Below the pieces are notes generated by a model, which was not told the origin of the DNA, ran no database searches, and was given only the letters and a program-made list of their open reading frames with translations. From the NCBI GenBank assembly GCA_951406725.2, contig OX597828.1:42904001-42968000 (forward strand): a DNA stretch of 64,000 nt, in the 5' to 3' direction. Of this stretch, positions 1 to 11,832 are shown one piece after another (position 1 is the stretch's first letter; each line of letters starts with the position of its first letter). Made by a program: the position numbers and the translations under genes. The stretch is from Octopus vulgaris (taxonomy: Eukaryota).

Positions 1-17
1 GGTGTTACTGTCTATTC

Positions 18-327
18 TACGAGGGTGAGTCAAAAAGTAATGCCATTTTGTTTAGGACAGGTATAATTACCAACACAGGGACATGTATCCTACATCTAAA
101 TGCTGCTAGTCCTCTGTGGATCACATCCCTACTTCTCAACATAGTCACCGTTTCTCTCAGTAGCAATGTTCCACCTTCGAATGAGAGCATGATCATTGCC
201 CTGTAAAATTCTGTTCTTTGAGTCACTTCTTCACTACAGTTTTCGCTTCCTCGTCACTGGAATAATGTTTGCCTCTCAAACCCTCTTTCATGGAGCCGAA
301 GAGATCATAGTCTGAAGGCGCTAAATC
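18..327 (-). mobile_element. Mariner transposon 3' fragment (decayed transposase C-terminus plus TIR)
   Basis: Minus strand reads DLAPSDYDLFGSMKEGLRGKHYSSDEEAKTVVKK*...IRRWNIATERNGDYVEK*, the mariner (YSP)DLAPSDYHLF motif with a stop and frameshift. The end TA-CGAGGGTGAGTCAAAAAGT is a mariner-type TIR. Confidence 0.88.
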
Positions 328-495
328 TAAATCGAATGAGGCGATTGTCTCCCTTGTCCTGATGCTTGTGTGTGGTTGAGCATTGTCAGGGTTGAGAAAA
401 CGAGCACCATTTGAACACTGGACGGTCGACGTAATCGACTTGTTTCTTCCTCCAAAAATTCAGCCCTTGTGCTTTCATTAGAAAGTATTATTCAC

Positions 496-665
496 GGTGG
501 TGAGCTGGCAGAGTCGTTAGCAAGCCAGACAAAATACTTAGCGTCATTTCGTCCGTCTTGACGTTCTGAGTTCAAATTCTGTCGAGGTTTGACTTTGCCT
601 TTTATCCTCTCGATGAAAAAAGTACCAGTCGAGCACTCGGACGATTTAATCAACTAATCCCCTTC
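496..665 (+). mobile_element. Degenerate tRNA-derived SINE, family A
   Basis: GTGAGCTGGCAGAGTCGTTAGC...GTTCTGAGTTCAAATTC...GACTTTGCCTTT..TCC, homologous to the intact copies at 18159, 30151 and 47507. Confidence 0.75.
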
Positions 666-669
666 CCAC

Positions 670-732
670 GGCGTGCCTTAGTGGTTCAGGTATGCAGCTC
701 AAGATTGTAAGATTGTGAGTTCGATTCTCGGC
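670..732 (+). promoter_or_regulatory. tRNA-like SINE head (family D-like) with Pol III A and B boxes
   Basis: A-box-like TGCCTTAGTGG (674-684) and B box GTTCGATTC (719-727); similar to the family D head GGCGCATGGCTCAGTGGTTAGAG...GTGAGTTCGAATTCC. Confidence 0.6.
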
Positions 733-733
733 T

Positions 734-1879
734 ATATATGGTTATTCTTAAATACGTTTCAGCCCGAAGGCAGTGGCCATGCTGGAGCACCTCCAGTTAG
801 ATATATGGTTATTCTTACATACGTTTCAGCCCGAAGGCAGTGGCCATGCTGGAGCACCTCCAGTTAGATATATGGTTATTCTTATATACGTTTCAGCCCG
901 AAGGCAGTGGCCATGCTGGAGCATCTCCAGTTAGATATATGGTTATTCTTATATACGTTTCAGCCCGAAGGCAGTGGCCATGCTGGAGCACCTCCAGTTA
1001 GATATATGGTTATTCTTATATACGTTTCAGCCTGAAGGCAGTGGCCATGCTGGAGCACCTCCAGTTAGATATATGGTTATTCTTATATACGTTTCAGCCC
1101 GAAGGCAGTGGCCATGCTGGAGCACCTCCAGTTAGATATATGGTTATTCTTATATACGTTTCAGCCCGAAGGCAGTGGCCATGCTGGAACACCTCCAGTT
1201 AGATATATGGTTATTCTTATATACGTTTCAGCCCGAAGGCAGTGGTCATGCTGGAGCACCTCCAGTTAGATATATGGTTATTCTTATATACGTTTCAGCC
1301 CGAAGGCAGTGGCCATGCTGGAACACCTCCAGTTAGATATATGGTTATTCTTATATACGTTTCAGCCCGAAGGCAGTGGCCATGCTGGAGCACCTCCAGT
1401 TAGATATATGGTTATTCTTATATACGTTTCAGCCCGAAGGCAGTGGCCATGCTGGAGCACCTCCAGTTAGATATATGGTTATTCTTATATACGTTTCAGC
1501 CCCAAGGCTGTGGCCATGCTGGAGCACCTCCAGTTAGATATATGGTTATTCTTATATACCTTTCAGCCCCAAGGCTGTGGCCATGCTGGAGCACCTCCAG
1601 TTAGATATATGGTTATTCTTATATACGTTTCAGCCCCAAGGCTGTGGCCATGCTGGAGCACCTCCAGTTAGATATATGGTTATTCTTATATACGTTTCAG
1701 CCCCAAGGTTGTGGCCATGCCGGAGCACCTCCAGTTAGATATATGGTTATTCTTATATACGTTTCAGCCCGAAGGCTGTGGCCCTGCTGGAGCACCTACA
1801 GTTAGATATATGGTTATTCTTATATACGTTTCAGCCATACGGCCGTGGCCATGCTGGAGCACCTCCAGTTAGATATATG
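734..1879. repeat. 67-bp tandem minisatellite, about 17 copies
   Basis: Unit AGATATATGGTTATTCTTATATACGTTTCAGCCCGAAGGCAGTGGCCATGCTGGAGCACCTCCAGTT. The period is exactly 67 (CAGCC at 760, 827 ... 1832) and the copies are near-identical. Confidence 0.97.
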
Positions 1880-1884
1880 CATAT

Positions 1885-2816
1885 TGTTGTTACACCAACA
1901 ATACTGTTGTTGCTGTTGTTGCTGTTACAGCTGTTGTTGTTAACGTTGTTCTTGTTGCGACTGTTTTTGTTGTTGTTGTTGTCAACATCGACATTACGAT
2001 CACGTACAGATGTTATCTTTATTATCTCCGTTTCCTCTACAGGCGCCATTGCCTAACACAGTAGTGTCAGCAGTACCGACTGTCAGTGTTGTGGCGTTGG
2101 GAGAGGTGGTGATGGCGGTAGTGGTGGAAGTGGTGATGATAGTAGTAGTAGTAGTAGTAGCAGTGGCGATGGTATTAGAAATGATAGTTATAGTAGTTGT
2201 GTTGGTGTGGTTCTGGTGGGAGAGAGGCAGTGGTGCTGGAGGTGGTGGTGATGACGGTGATAGTGGTGGTGATGGGTGATGGTGGTGGTGGTGGTAGTGG
2301 TTGTTGTGGTGATCATGGTGGTGGTGAAGGTGGTGGCGGTAGTGACGGTGTTGATGGTGGTGATCATGGTGGTAGCAATGGTGGTGGTGATAGTCGTGCT
2401 GAAGGTGGTTGCTGTAGCGATAGTGATGATGATGGTGGTGGTAGTGGTGGTGGTGGTCTTGATAGTGGTGGAGATGTTGGTGGTTGTGGTGGTGATCGTG
2501 GTGGCGGTAGCTATGGTGGTGATGGTGGTGGTTGTGTTGCTGATGTTGGTGGTAGTGGTAGCGATTATGGTAGTGATGTAGGTGATGGTTGTGGTGGCAT
2601 CAGTGGTGAGGTCTCAGCGCTAGTGATGGTGGTGGTAATGGTGTCCGTAGTAGTCCAGATGTAGTGGTGGCGTTGTAGTGATTTAGCAATATAAATATGG
2701 TGGCTTTGAGAAATAATGTAGTTTTGTTGTGTTTCGTGGTGGTGGCGGTGGTGGTGGTGGTGGTGTTGTCAGCGTTGGAGATGCATAGACTGTTCAATAT
2801 TTAGAGACAAACACAC

Positions 2817-2857
<41 letters not shown>

Positions 2858-2916
2858 GCGCACAAACAGTAGGGTGAATGACACTGTAATTAATAGCAGC
2901 AGCAACAAACTAATAC

Positions 2917-2985
<69 letters not shown>

Positions 2986-3042
2986 TTGTAGTAGTGGTGG
3001 TGGTGATAGTGATGGTAGTAGTAGTAATAGTGCTAGTAGTAA

Positions 3043-3074
<32 letters not shown>

Positions 3075-3200
3075 ATAGTAGTAGTAATAGTAGCAGCAGC
3101 AGCAGCCGCAGTAGTAGTAGTAGTGGTGTGTGGTGTTGGTGGTGGTTTGTGGTTTTGGCGGTGGTGGTGTTGATTGTGGTCTTCGTGGTAGCGGTGATGG
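1885..3200. repeat. Degenerate trinucleotide microsatellite block (TTG, GGT/GAT, GTA) with (CA)n
   Basis: Directly visible low-complexity triplet repeats. Confidence 0.9.
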
Positions 3201-3380
3201 TGGTCAGAGCTGTCAGTCCCACCGTCCGTCGCATACACGGACCAGTTAGGACACTGGGCATCGCCAACCTCTGCACACCTGTGCGTTCTTCGCCAGGTAT
3301 GTGAACGACAACCTAAGATTAACATCCTCACGTGAGGAGGCCATTGAAATGTAGAACATAATCCATAGCACTGGCGAATA

Positions 3381-3630
3381 CACACACACACACACACGCG
3401 CACACACACACATGCACACACACACACGCTCACACACACACATACACACACACGCACACACACACACACACACGCACGCACACACACACGCACACACACA
3501 CACACACGCGCTCACACACACACACACACACGCTCACACACACACGCGCGCGCACACACACGCGCACACACACACATGCACACACACACACACACGCGCA
3601 CACACACACACACGCACACACACACATCCA

Positions 3631-3690
<60 letters not shown>

Positions 3691-3692
3691 CA

Positions 3693-3730
<38 letters not shown>

Positions 3731-3740
3731 CACACACACA
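3381..3740. repeat. Long (CA)n/(CG) microsatellite
   Basis: About 360 bp of mostly alternating CA with interruptions. Confidence 0.95.
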
Positions 3741-3967
3741 AACCCTTAAAATTTCAAGTGGGTCACCCTAATAACCCCATTTTCCTCAACCCTGCTTGAT
3801 ATTTAATTCAAAACCATACCGAAAGTATTTATATCTTATTATACGTTATGGCTAGGTTCCCACCGCCGCAACAATGCCTACCCGCCACATGTCAAGGTCC
3901 ATCATCACTGCCTCAAGGTCCTGGATACATTGTAGGCCAGTGTCTGCAATTAATTTCTTACTTCAGC

Positions 3968-4023
<56 letters not shown>

Positions 4024-4160
4024 CATCATCATCATCATCATCATTATTTTAGTATCTTTGTCAAACTTCTTTCGTTACACACTCTGTGACCTCTTCAGCG
4101 ACTCTGTGTCCCATGTGTCTCTTCGAGTTCTGCTTATTCCATTTAGTCTTTCTTACACAC

Positions 4161-4241
<81 letters not shown>

Positions 4242-4250
4242 GAGAGAGAG

Positions 4251-4592
4251 GAGACCCCCTTCGGTCATGAATGACCATGGGATTGCATCTAGAAAGTTAC
4301 CCTCCGAGGCACAAGTCCGGGCGAGGTTGTTTGTGGAAGACCAGCAGTCGCCCATGCATACCAGCCTCCCCTCTTCACACCACCGATGTTATCCAAGGAA
4401 AACGCTGATACAGCTTGGCACCAGTGATGTCGCAACTCATTTCTACAGATGAGTGAACTGGAGCAACGTGGAATAAAGTGTCATGCTCAAGACGCACAAC
4501 ATGCAGCCAGGTCCGGGAATCGAACTCATAGCCTCGAACTCACAACTTCACGATCTTAAGCTCGACGCTCTAACCACTGAGCCATGCGCCTT

Positions 4593-4595
<3 letters not shown>
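4251..4595 (-). mobile_element. tRNA-derived SINE family D (CORE-like centre), near full length
   Basis: Minus strand has head GTGAAGGCGCATGGCTCAGTGGTTAGAGCG, B box GTTCGATTCC, CORE-like CTTGAGCATGACACTTTATT and tail ...CATGACCGAAGGGGGTCTC. Matches 51377-51714. Confidence 0.85.
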
Positions 4596-4630
<35 letters not shown>

Positions 4631-4631
4631 G

Positions 4632-5000
4632 GATTGGCTGTGTGGTAAGTAGCTTGTTTAACAACCACATGGTTCCGGGTTCTGGACAAGTGTTTTCTAC
4701 TATATATATATATATATATATATAGGAAAAGGAAAATAGATACATAGTTACATACATATATATATATATAAACTTGCTTGTCCCTGAGACTTTGTGCCTG
4801 TGTTGTGTTTGTCATCATCTTACCACCAAATAACTGGTGTTGTTTTGTCTACGTAACTTAGTGGTCTGGCAAACGTCACTGATGAAATAAGTAAAAGACC
4901 TACAAAGTACGTAAGTACTGGGGTTCGATTTCTTCGACTAAAGCTCTTCAGAACAATGCCCTAGAATAGCTGCAGTCTAATAATTAAAACAATTAAGAGA
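4632..5000 (+). mobile_element. Fragmented, degenerate SINE family B
   Basis: TGGCTGTGTGGTAAGTAGCTTG...CCACATGGTTCCGGGTTC head, then a decayed 3' half at about 4800-5000. Confidence 0.7.
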
Positions 5001-5298
5001 AAATAATAAAAGAACAACAAGTATGTACACATTGTCAAGCTGAAAATATACTTTGTAGATATACCCAAGGACTCTGAAAAGCCATGGAGTGCTATCGCAT
5101 TTAGAAAATTCTTTAGGATTCACGTTAGAGCCATGGCCAGGTCATTCTTATTCACGCCTGCTGAGAGGAAAAATGTGGGATCATCATTTTATGAGTTATG
5201 CAACCATGGTCAAGGTAAAAGCTTTATTTACGGTATGATATAAAGTTGGAAAACGATGTACTTTCTTTATCAGTACTTCAATCTTGCTATTTGTGAAG

Positions 5299-5392
<94 letters not shown>

Positions 5393-5393
<1 letters not shown>

Positions 5394-5659
5394 TGATCCT
5401 TTTTTTCCCTCTTCCCCTTTTTTCCTCTTTGTTCTTCTTTTTTCATTTCTCTTTTCTTTCGTTCCTTTTCCTTTTTTTATTTTTTATTTTTTATTTTATT
5501 TTATTTTTTGTTCTTTCTTTTCCCTTTTACGATCCCTTTTGATCGAAAACCTACGCCGCCTTTTTTTTTTGGTTTTTGATTTTTTCAGCCCCCAAAAGAA
5601 AAGCTCTACCTTGTAACTTGTACCATCTGTGTGCAGCCCTGTGTGGCCAATAAAGAAAC

Positions 5660-5660
<1 letters not shown>
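5393..5660 (+). mobile_element. Retroelement 3' end (family F) embedded in (TATC)n
   Basis: Pyrimidine-rich body, TTACGATCCCTTTTGATCGAAAACCTACGCC...GCCCTGTGTGGCCAATAAAGAAAC. A second copy at 32802-33035 is also flanked on both sides by (TATC)n. Confidence 0.7.
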
Positions 5661-5741
<81 letters not shown>

Positions 5742-5750
5742 GTCTACCTG

Positions 5751-5904
<154 letters not shown>

Positions 5905-6047
5905 CGCATCCTTGTTTGCCTTTCAGTTTTTATAGTTTGTTCCCTAACCTCCGGCTAATTTGCCACCTTCACCTCTATCATCTCACCCTTTCAATATTCT
6001 TCTACTTAAACATGTGTTAAACGAAATCAACTGAACCAAGATTACCT

Positions 6048-6107
<60 letters not shown>

Positions 6108-6425
6108 CGCACATATGTATATATGTGCGTGTGTGTGTGTGTGCACGCGTGTAAAGTTTGTGCATGTATATATATAGTGAACGTGAAAGGGATATGTTGT
6201 ACAAAATACGTGTTCTGTGCTCTCAACTGTACTGCCGACCAGATATACAGGGTAAATAATCTCCTCTCGTACACAGACACGCACGCACGCACGCACACAT
6301 AAACACACATATATGCATATGCTTCTAAATATAAATATACACACACATTCATATCTATGTATATATTTGTATACATTTACACACACTCAAATATATATAT
6401 ATGTATATATGTATATATGTATATA

Positions 6426-6551
<126 letters not shown>

Positions 6552-6696
6552 GTGTGTGTATATGTATATATTTTTATATATGCATATATCTATTTATAAC
6601 TATATATATAAATGTGTGTGTGTATATATATTCATATATATATATATATATATACATCGCTCTCTCTAAAACCATCAAGAGACACATACACAGACA

Positions 6697-6733
<37 letters not shown>

Positions 6734-7246
6734 ACTCTTTCTCTGCTTGTCATCCTGTCTGTCTGTCTGTCTGTCTGTCTGTGTGTCTCTCTTTCTTTCT
6801 CTCTCTGTCCCTCTCCCTCATAAATACACATTTTGTCTTCTCTCGCCTCCACACAACACTATTTTACACATGGACGCAAAGTCCTATGTATACACACACA
6901 CACATACACATTCTCACACACACACATACACACAAACACATTCTCACACACACTCACACTCGCGTACATACACATCCACACGTACTGACGTACCCCAACA
7001 CACATGCATACACATACACATACACCTACGCAAGCACACTCATACACACACTCCCCCCCCCCACACACACATGCACACACGCGCGCATGCGCTCAGGCAC
7101 AAATCCACACGTCTACACACACATTCAAACCTTTCCGCTACACATTAATTTCGTGCTTACTTGAACTGACGTCCATTCGAATTAAAACCATTACCATGGT
7201 GACAGCTACATCTGTTAGGCAATGGATTCCAAGATGGCCCCCGGCA

Positions 7247-7700
7247 GAGGTAGTAGTAGTAGTAGTGGTAGAGGAAGAACTAGTATAAGTAGTTGTAGTA
7301 GTGGTAGTAGTAGTAGTACTAGTATAAAAACTACTACTAGTAGCAGTAGTAGAACTAGTGGTAGTAATAGTATTAGTAGTAGTAGAACTTGTAGTAGTAG
7401 TTATATTAGTAGTAGAACTAGTGATAGTAGAGGTAGTGGAAGTAGTAGTAGTAGTAGAACTAGTGGTAGTAGTAGTAGTAGTAGTAGTCGTAGAACTACT
7501 ACTAGTGGTGGTGTTGGTAATGGTGGTAGAATTAGTGACAGTAGTAGTAGTAGTAAAAGTAGTAGCAGAAGTAGAAGTGGTAGTCATCATCATCGTTGTA
7601 GTAGAAGCAGTAGTAGCTGTTTTGCGGTGTTGGTGGTTATCGGGTAGCAATTGTGGGTTGTTTAGTGGTGGAGGTGGTGGTGGTGGTGGGCGCTAGGATG
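7247..7700. repeat. (GTA)n-based degenerate trinucleotide tract with recurring AGAACT variant
   Basis: Directly visible. Confidence 0.9.
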
Positions 7701-8225
7701 GTTACGTTGGTAGCGTTGTGGTAATTGTCGGGTAGTCGAGGGGGTGGCTGTGGTAGACTTTGGGATGATTGTGGGTGGTTGCTGATGGTTGATGTACGAC
7801 GGTCGAGTTGGCAGGACGCTGATAGTGATAGGGGTGGTGATGAAGGTGGTGGTGATGATTGTTGTAGAGAGGAGAAGAATTTCGGGTGCTGTTTGATGCT
7901 GGGGCGGACTTACTTCTCCGCGGTGTAATTAAATATGTTAGAAATAGCAGCTAAGTCCCTATCTAATCTCACCACACTCTTTTAAATTAAAAGTAGGGCA
8001 TACAAGATAAGTTAATACAACTCCAGTTGTTATATAATCGATGGCAGAGTCGCGTGTGGAAGTGCTTGGTTTATGATCGAAAGATCACGGATTCGATTCC
8101 TGAAACAACTGGCACTTGTGTCCTTGAGCATGTCACTTCATTTCACGTTGCTCGACTGCAGCCAGCAGTACATAAATACCAGTTGTCAGCTGGTGCATCT
8201 CTGTCTGTCTGTCTGTCTCTCTCAC

Positions 8226-8260
<35 letters not shown>

Positions 8261-8485
8261 GTCTCTCTCTCTGTCGCCCTCCACTAGTCACATCCTTGGT
8301 GTTTCTTTGGGCCAAGATTGAAGGTTTCGGAAAGTATATCTACGTTTGCTCGTGACTAAGTAAATATCTAGAACAATTGGTGAAAGCGTGGCACATGGTG
8401 TCAATCTATACTCTATCTCATGTGATGAGTAGCTGTAATGTACATAAAATGATCGACGAAATAAAAAGATGGAATGCATATGGAA

Positions 8486-9087
8486 CAAGAGTTCGCAACC
8501 ATTTTTTTAATCTATGGATCCCTTTGATTACTATTTTATTCTGATGGGCCTCCATAGTCATTCGATGTTTAAAAACTAGTTTTATAAATCCTTTCTAAAT
8601 TCCTATTTTGTTTTTCCACACATTCCCTTGTGTAGGTTGATCTGTGTAAAATGTTAGAGAAAGAAACCCAGCTGTATCTTGTAATATATACCAATACATA
8701 GAAGCTGGGGCAACCGGAAGGGGCAGCTGTCAGGCGTGCGCAGGCAGCGGTGAATTGGGCCTTTCCAACGTGGGTCGTCCAGGTAACAAGACGTGTGAGG
8801 ACGATCGCTAAGGGTTTGGGTGAGCAGCTGCTATCTTTAGTGTTCGGATCGGGGCTGTGTCGAAGGATTAGTTACCACAGAAGGGTCTCCATCACGAGGA
8901 AGAGAAGGGAGGTGCCTTTATATTCAAATCGTGCACTCACCACACATACATCTAAAGCAAAGTATTTTTTCAAGGGCCCTTAAAATACTATTGTGGATCC
9001 TGGATTTACAGTTGTGCTGCGTGGACCCCACAAGAATCTTATATGGACCATCAGGTGCCATATATGGACCTTGGTTGAGAACCACTG
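8486..9087. mobile_element. hAT-like non-autonomous element (CAGTGGTTCTCAACC-type TIR) interrupted by a GC-rich insert
   Basis: Right end GGTTGAGAACCACTG (9073-9087); degenerate left end CAAGAGTTCGCAACC; internal GGATCC/GGACCC motifs. Confidence 0.5.
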
Positions 9088-9184
9088 ATGTAGATAAAAC
9101 GCCGGCCATTTTAGATCTGATGGACCAAAATGCCACTAGCACCACCGCGACAGGAAACGACGACGGAGATCACAACAACGAACA

Positions 9185-9571
9185 TGGAAGCACTCCGTCG
9201 GTTACGACGACGAGGGTTCCGGTTGATCCGAATCAACGGAACAGCCTGCTCGTGAAATTAACGTGTAAGTGGCTAAGCACTCCACAGACACGTGTACCCT
9301 TAACGTACTTCTCGGGGAGATTCAGCGTGACACAGAGAGTGACAAGGCCGGCCCTTTGAAATACAGGTACAGCAGAAACAGGAAGTAAGAGTGAGAGAGA
9401 GTTGTAGTGAAAGAGTACAGCAGGGATCACCACCATCCCCTGCCGGAGCCTCGTGGAGCTTTAGGTGTTTTCGCTCAATAAACACTCACAACGCCCAGTC
9501 TGTGAATCGAAACCGCGATCCTATGACCGCGAGTCCGCTGCCCTAACCACTGGGCCATTGCGCCTCCACTA
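9185..9571 (-). mobile_element. tRNA-derived SINE family C, full length with 13-bp TSD
   Basis: Minus strand head GTGGAGGCGCAATGGCCCAGTGGTTAGGGCAGCGG...GGTTTCGATTC. TSD ACAACAACGAACA at 9172-9184 and 9572-9584. Confidence 0.9.
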
Positions 9572-9597
9572 ACAACAACGAACAACGACAACGTCGA

Positions 9598-9770
9598 GTG
9601 GAGGCGCAATGGCCCAGTGGTTAGGTCGTAAGAACGCGGTTTCGATTCCCAGACCGGGCATTGTCAGTGTTTATTGAGCAAAAACAATTAAGCTCCACGA
9701 GGCTCCGGTGGGGAGGGTAAACCCCGGTGTAGTCTTTCACCACAACTTTTTCTCACACTTTTTTCTACTT
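9598..9770 (+). mobile_element. SINE family C 5' half, head-to-head with the previous copy
   Basis: GTGGAGGCGCAATGGCCCAGTGGTTAGG...GGTTTCGATTCCCAGACCGGGC...AGCTCCACGAGGCTCCGG. Confidence 0.85.
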
Positions 9771-10058
9771 TTGCCACAAAGCAGAGGAACCATGGTGTAA
9801 CCCACTATGGTGTGGTAAACTTTTAGACCCTAGTCTAGATTGCGAATCCTCTGTACCCCAGGATGGTTCAGCTCCTCACCCGTTAAAAGCAACCATTTAC
9901 GGAATGAGGGTAACAACGTTGCTTTCGCGCCCGTGCAACAACCGCCAGTCTATCGCGTGTGAAGGGTGGATCTTCAAGTTGCCACACGCATTCTTAGTAG
10001 CTGAGAGTAGGCTCGAATTAGAGATTATTCTTTGTGGCTAATGACGTGAGTCCTGATT

Positions 10059-10430
10059 GGAAGTAGAAGAAGAAGGAGGAGGAGGAGGAGAAGAAGAAGG
10101 AGGAGGAGGAGGAGGAGAAGAAGAAGAAGAAGTAGGAGAAGAAGAAGGAGGAGGAGAAGAAGAAGAAGAAGAAGAAGAAGAAGAAGAAGAAGATGGAGAA
10201 GAAGAAGGAGGAGGAGAAGAAGAAGAAGAAGAAGAAGAAGAAGAAGGAGGAGGAGAAGAAGAAGAAGAAGAAGGAGGAGGAGGAGGAGAAGAAGAAGAAG
10301 AAGAAGAAGGAGGAGGAGGAGGAGGAGGAGGAGAAGAAGAAGAAGAAGAAGAAGGAGAAGAAGAAGAAGAAGGAGAAGAAGAAGAAGAAGAAGAAGAAGA
10401 AGAAGAAGAAGAAGAAGAAGAAGAAAAAGA
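10059..10430. repeat. Polypurine (GAA/GGA)n tract
   Basis: About 370 bp almost entirely purine on the + strand. Confidence 0.95.
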
Positions 10431-11167
10431 CAATGACGACGTCGACGGCAGCGATTTCGACGGCTACGACGGCGACGTCGGACATGACGACGGGGGCGGG
10501 GACCACGACGACGACGACGACAACGTATACGACAGCTTAGATTATTACGAACGACAACAACAACCGACGATCGCAATTACGACGACGACGGCGGCGGCGG
10601 CGTCGAGAGCAACAACAACGACGAAGGTAAATTTTTTCACCTGTTGCTAATAAGAGAATTCAACACGTTTTCAATTCTTGGTGGCAACCAATTTATTTCC
10701 CCCCATCCCCGTATTGTCTGTCTGTACGTCGTCGTCGTCGTTAATACTTAATTCTCTCGAGTAAAGTTTGAGCACGGGGCAATCCAATTTCTTCTGCTAG
10801 CAATACTGGGTTCCCACACATAAGAAATCAATGTAGTTTAAGGAGTTGTCTTGGCAGTTATGGCCGTTTAATTCAGTTTGTGTGTGCTCGCTGACGACGT
10901 GTAAACCACAAGGTTTAATATATATATTATTAGCATTACATGCATATGTTCTTTAATTAAAATTACAGCACCAATCATTAATTAATTAGACAACTAATTA
11001 CGATGGGTTAGTTGAGAGAAATTCAACCCGCAAGGCCTGGCAGTAATTGACTTTCTATAACTGAAGATAGAAGGATACGGCGTGTGTCTACATCCGCATC
11101 GTTTTAATTACTTTTCGGAATATAATTCCCAGTTTATATTTAACATTATGTATCGATACCTGCAACG

Positions 11168-11244
<77 letters not shown>

Positions 11245-11310
11245 TTAAATGTCAAGGTTTCAGTTGCGTTGGGCTACAAACAACAATTCTAACATCTGTC
11301 CATTCGTGTT

Positions 11311-11314
11311 TATG

Positions 11315-11346
<32 letters not shown>

Positions 11347-11436
11347 TGTATGTATGTATGTATGTATGTATGTATGTATGTATGCATGCATGTATGCATG
11401 CATGTATGTATGCATGCATGTATGTATGTATGTATG

Positions 11437-11468
<32 letters not shown>

Positions 11469-11662
11469 TGCATGCATGTATGCATGTATGTATGTATATG
11501 TATGTATGTATGTATGTATGCATGCATGCATGCATGCATGTATGTATGTATGTATGTATATGTATGTATGTATGTATGCATGTATGCATGTATGTATGCA
11601 TGTATGTATGTATGTATGTATGTATGCATGCATGCATGCATGCATGTATGTATGTATGTATG

Positions 11663-11694
<32 letters not shown>

Positions 11695-11780
11695 TGTATG
11701 TATGTATGTATGTATGCATGCATGTATGCATGCATGCATGCATGTATGTATGCATGCATGCATGCATGTATGTATGTATG

Positions 11781-11812
<32 letters not shown>

Positions 11813-11832
11813 TGTATGTATGTATGTATGTA
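11311..11832. repeat. (TATG)n/(CATG)n tetranucleotide tract
   Basis: About 520 bp of alternating purine-pyrimidine; similar tracts at 31810-32090 and 55990-56220. Confidence 0.95.

Noticed and set aside
734-1879. CRISPR array or ribozyme concatemer
   Set aside because: Units are contiguous and near-identical with no unique spacers, and there are no cas genes. The unit lacks CUGANGA, HDV, twister or pistol core motifs.
2197-2664. Gly-rich protein ORF
   Set aside because: Translation of a degenerate GGT/GAT microsatellite; the other frames are equally open.
8740-8800. YLDD (RT-like motif) on the minus strand
   Set aside because: The context (CYLDDPRW) lacks the hydrophobic residues and other RT motifs; probably chance.
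9500-9571. Functional tRNA genes at SINE heads (also 4520-4595, 31010-31084, 51640-51714)
   Set aside because: They continue into SINE bodies with TSDs and lack a proper acceptor stem and terminator.
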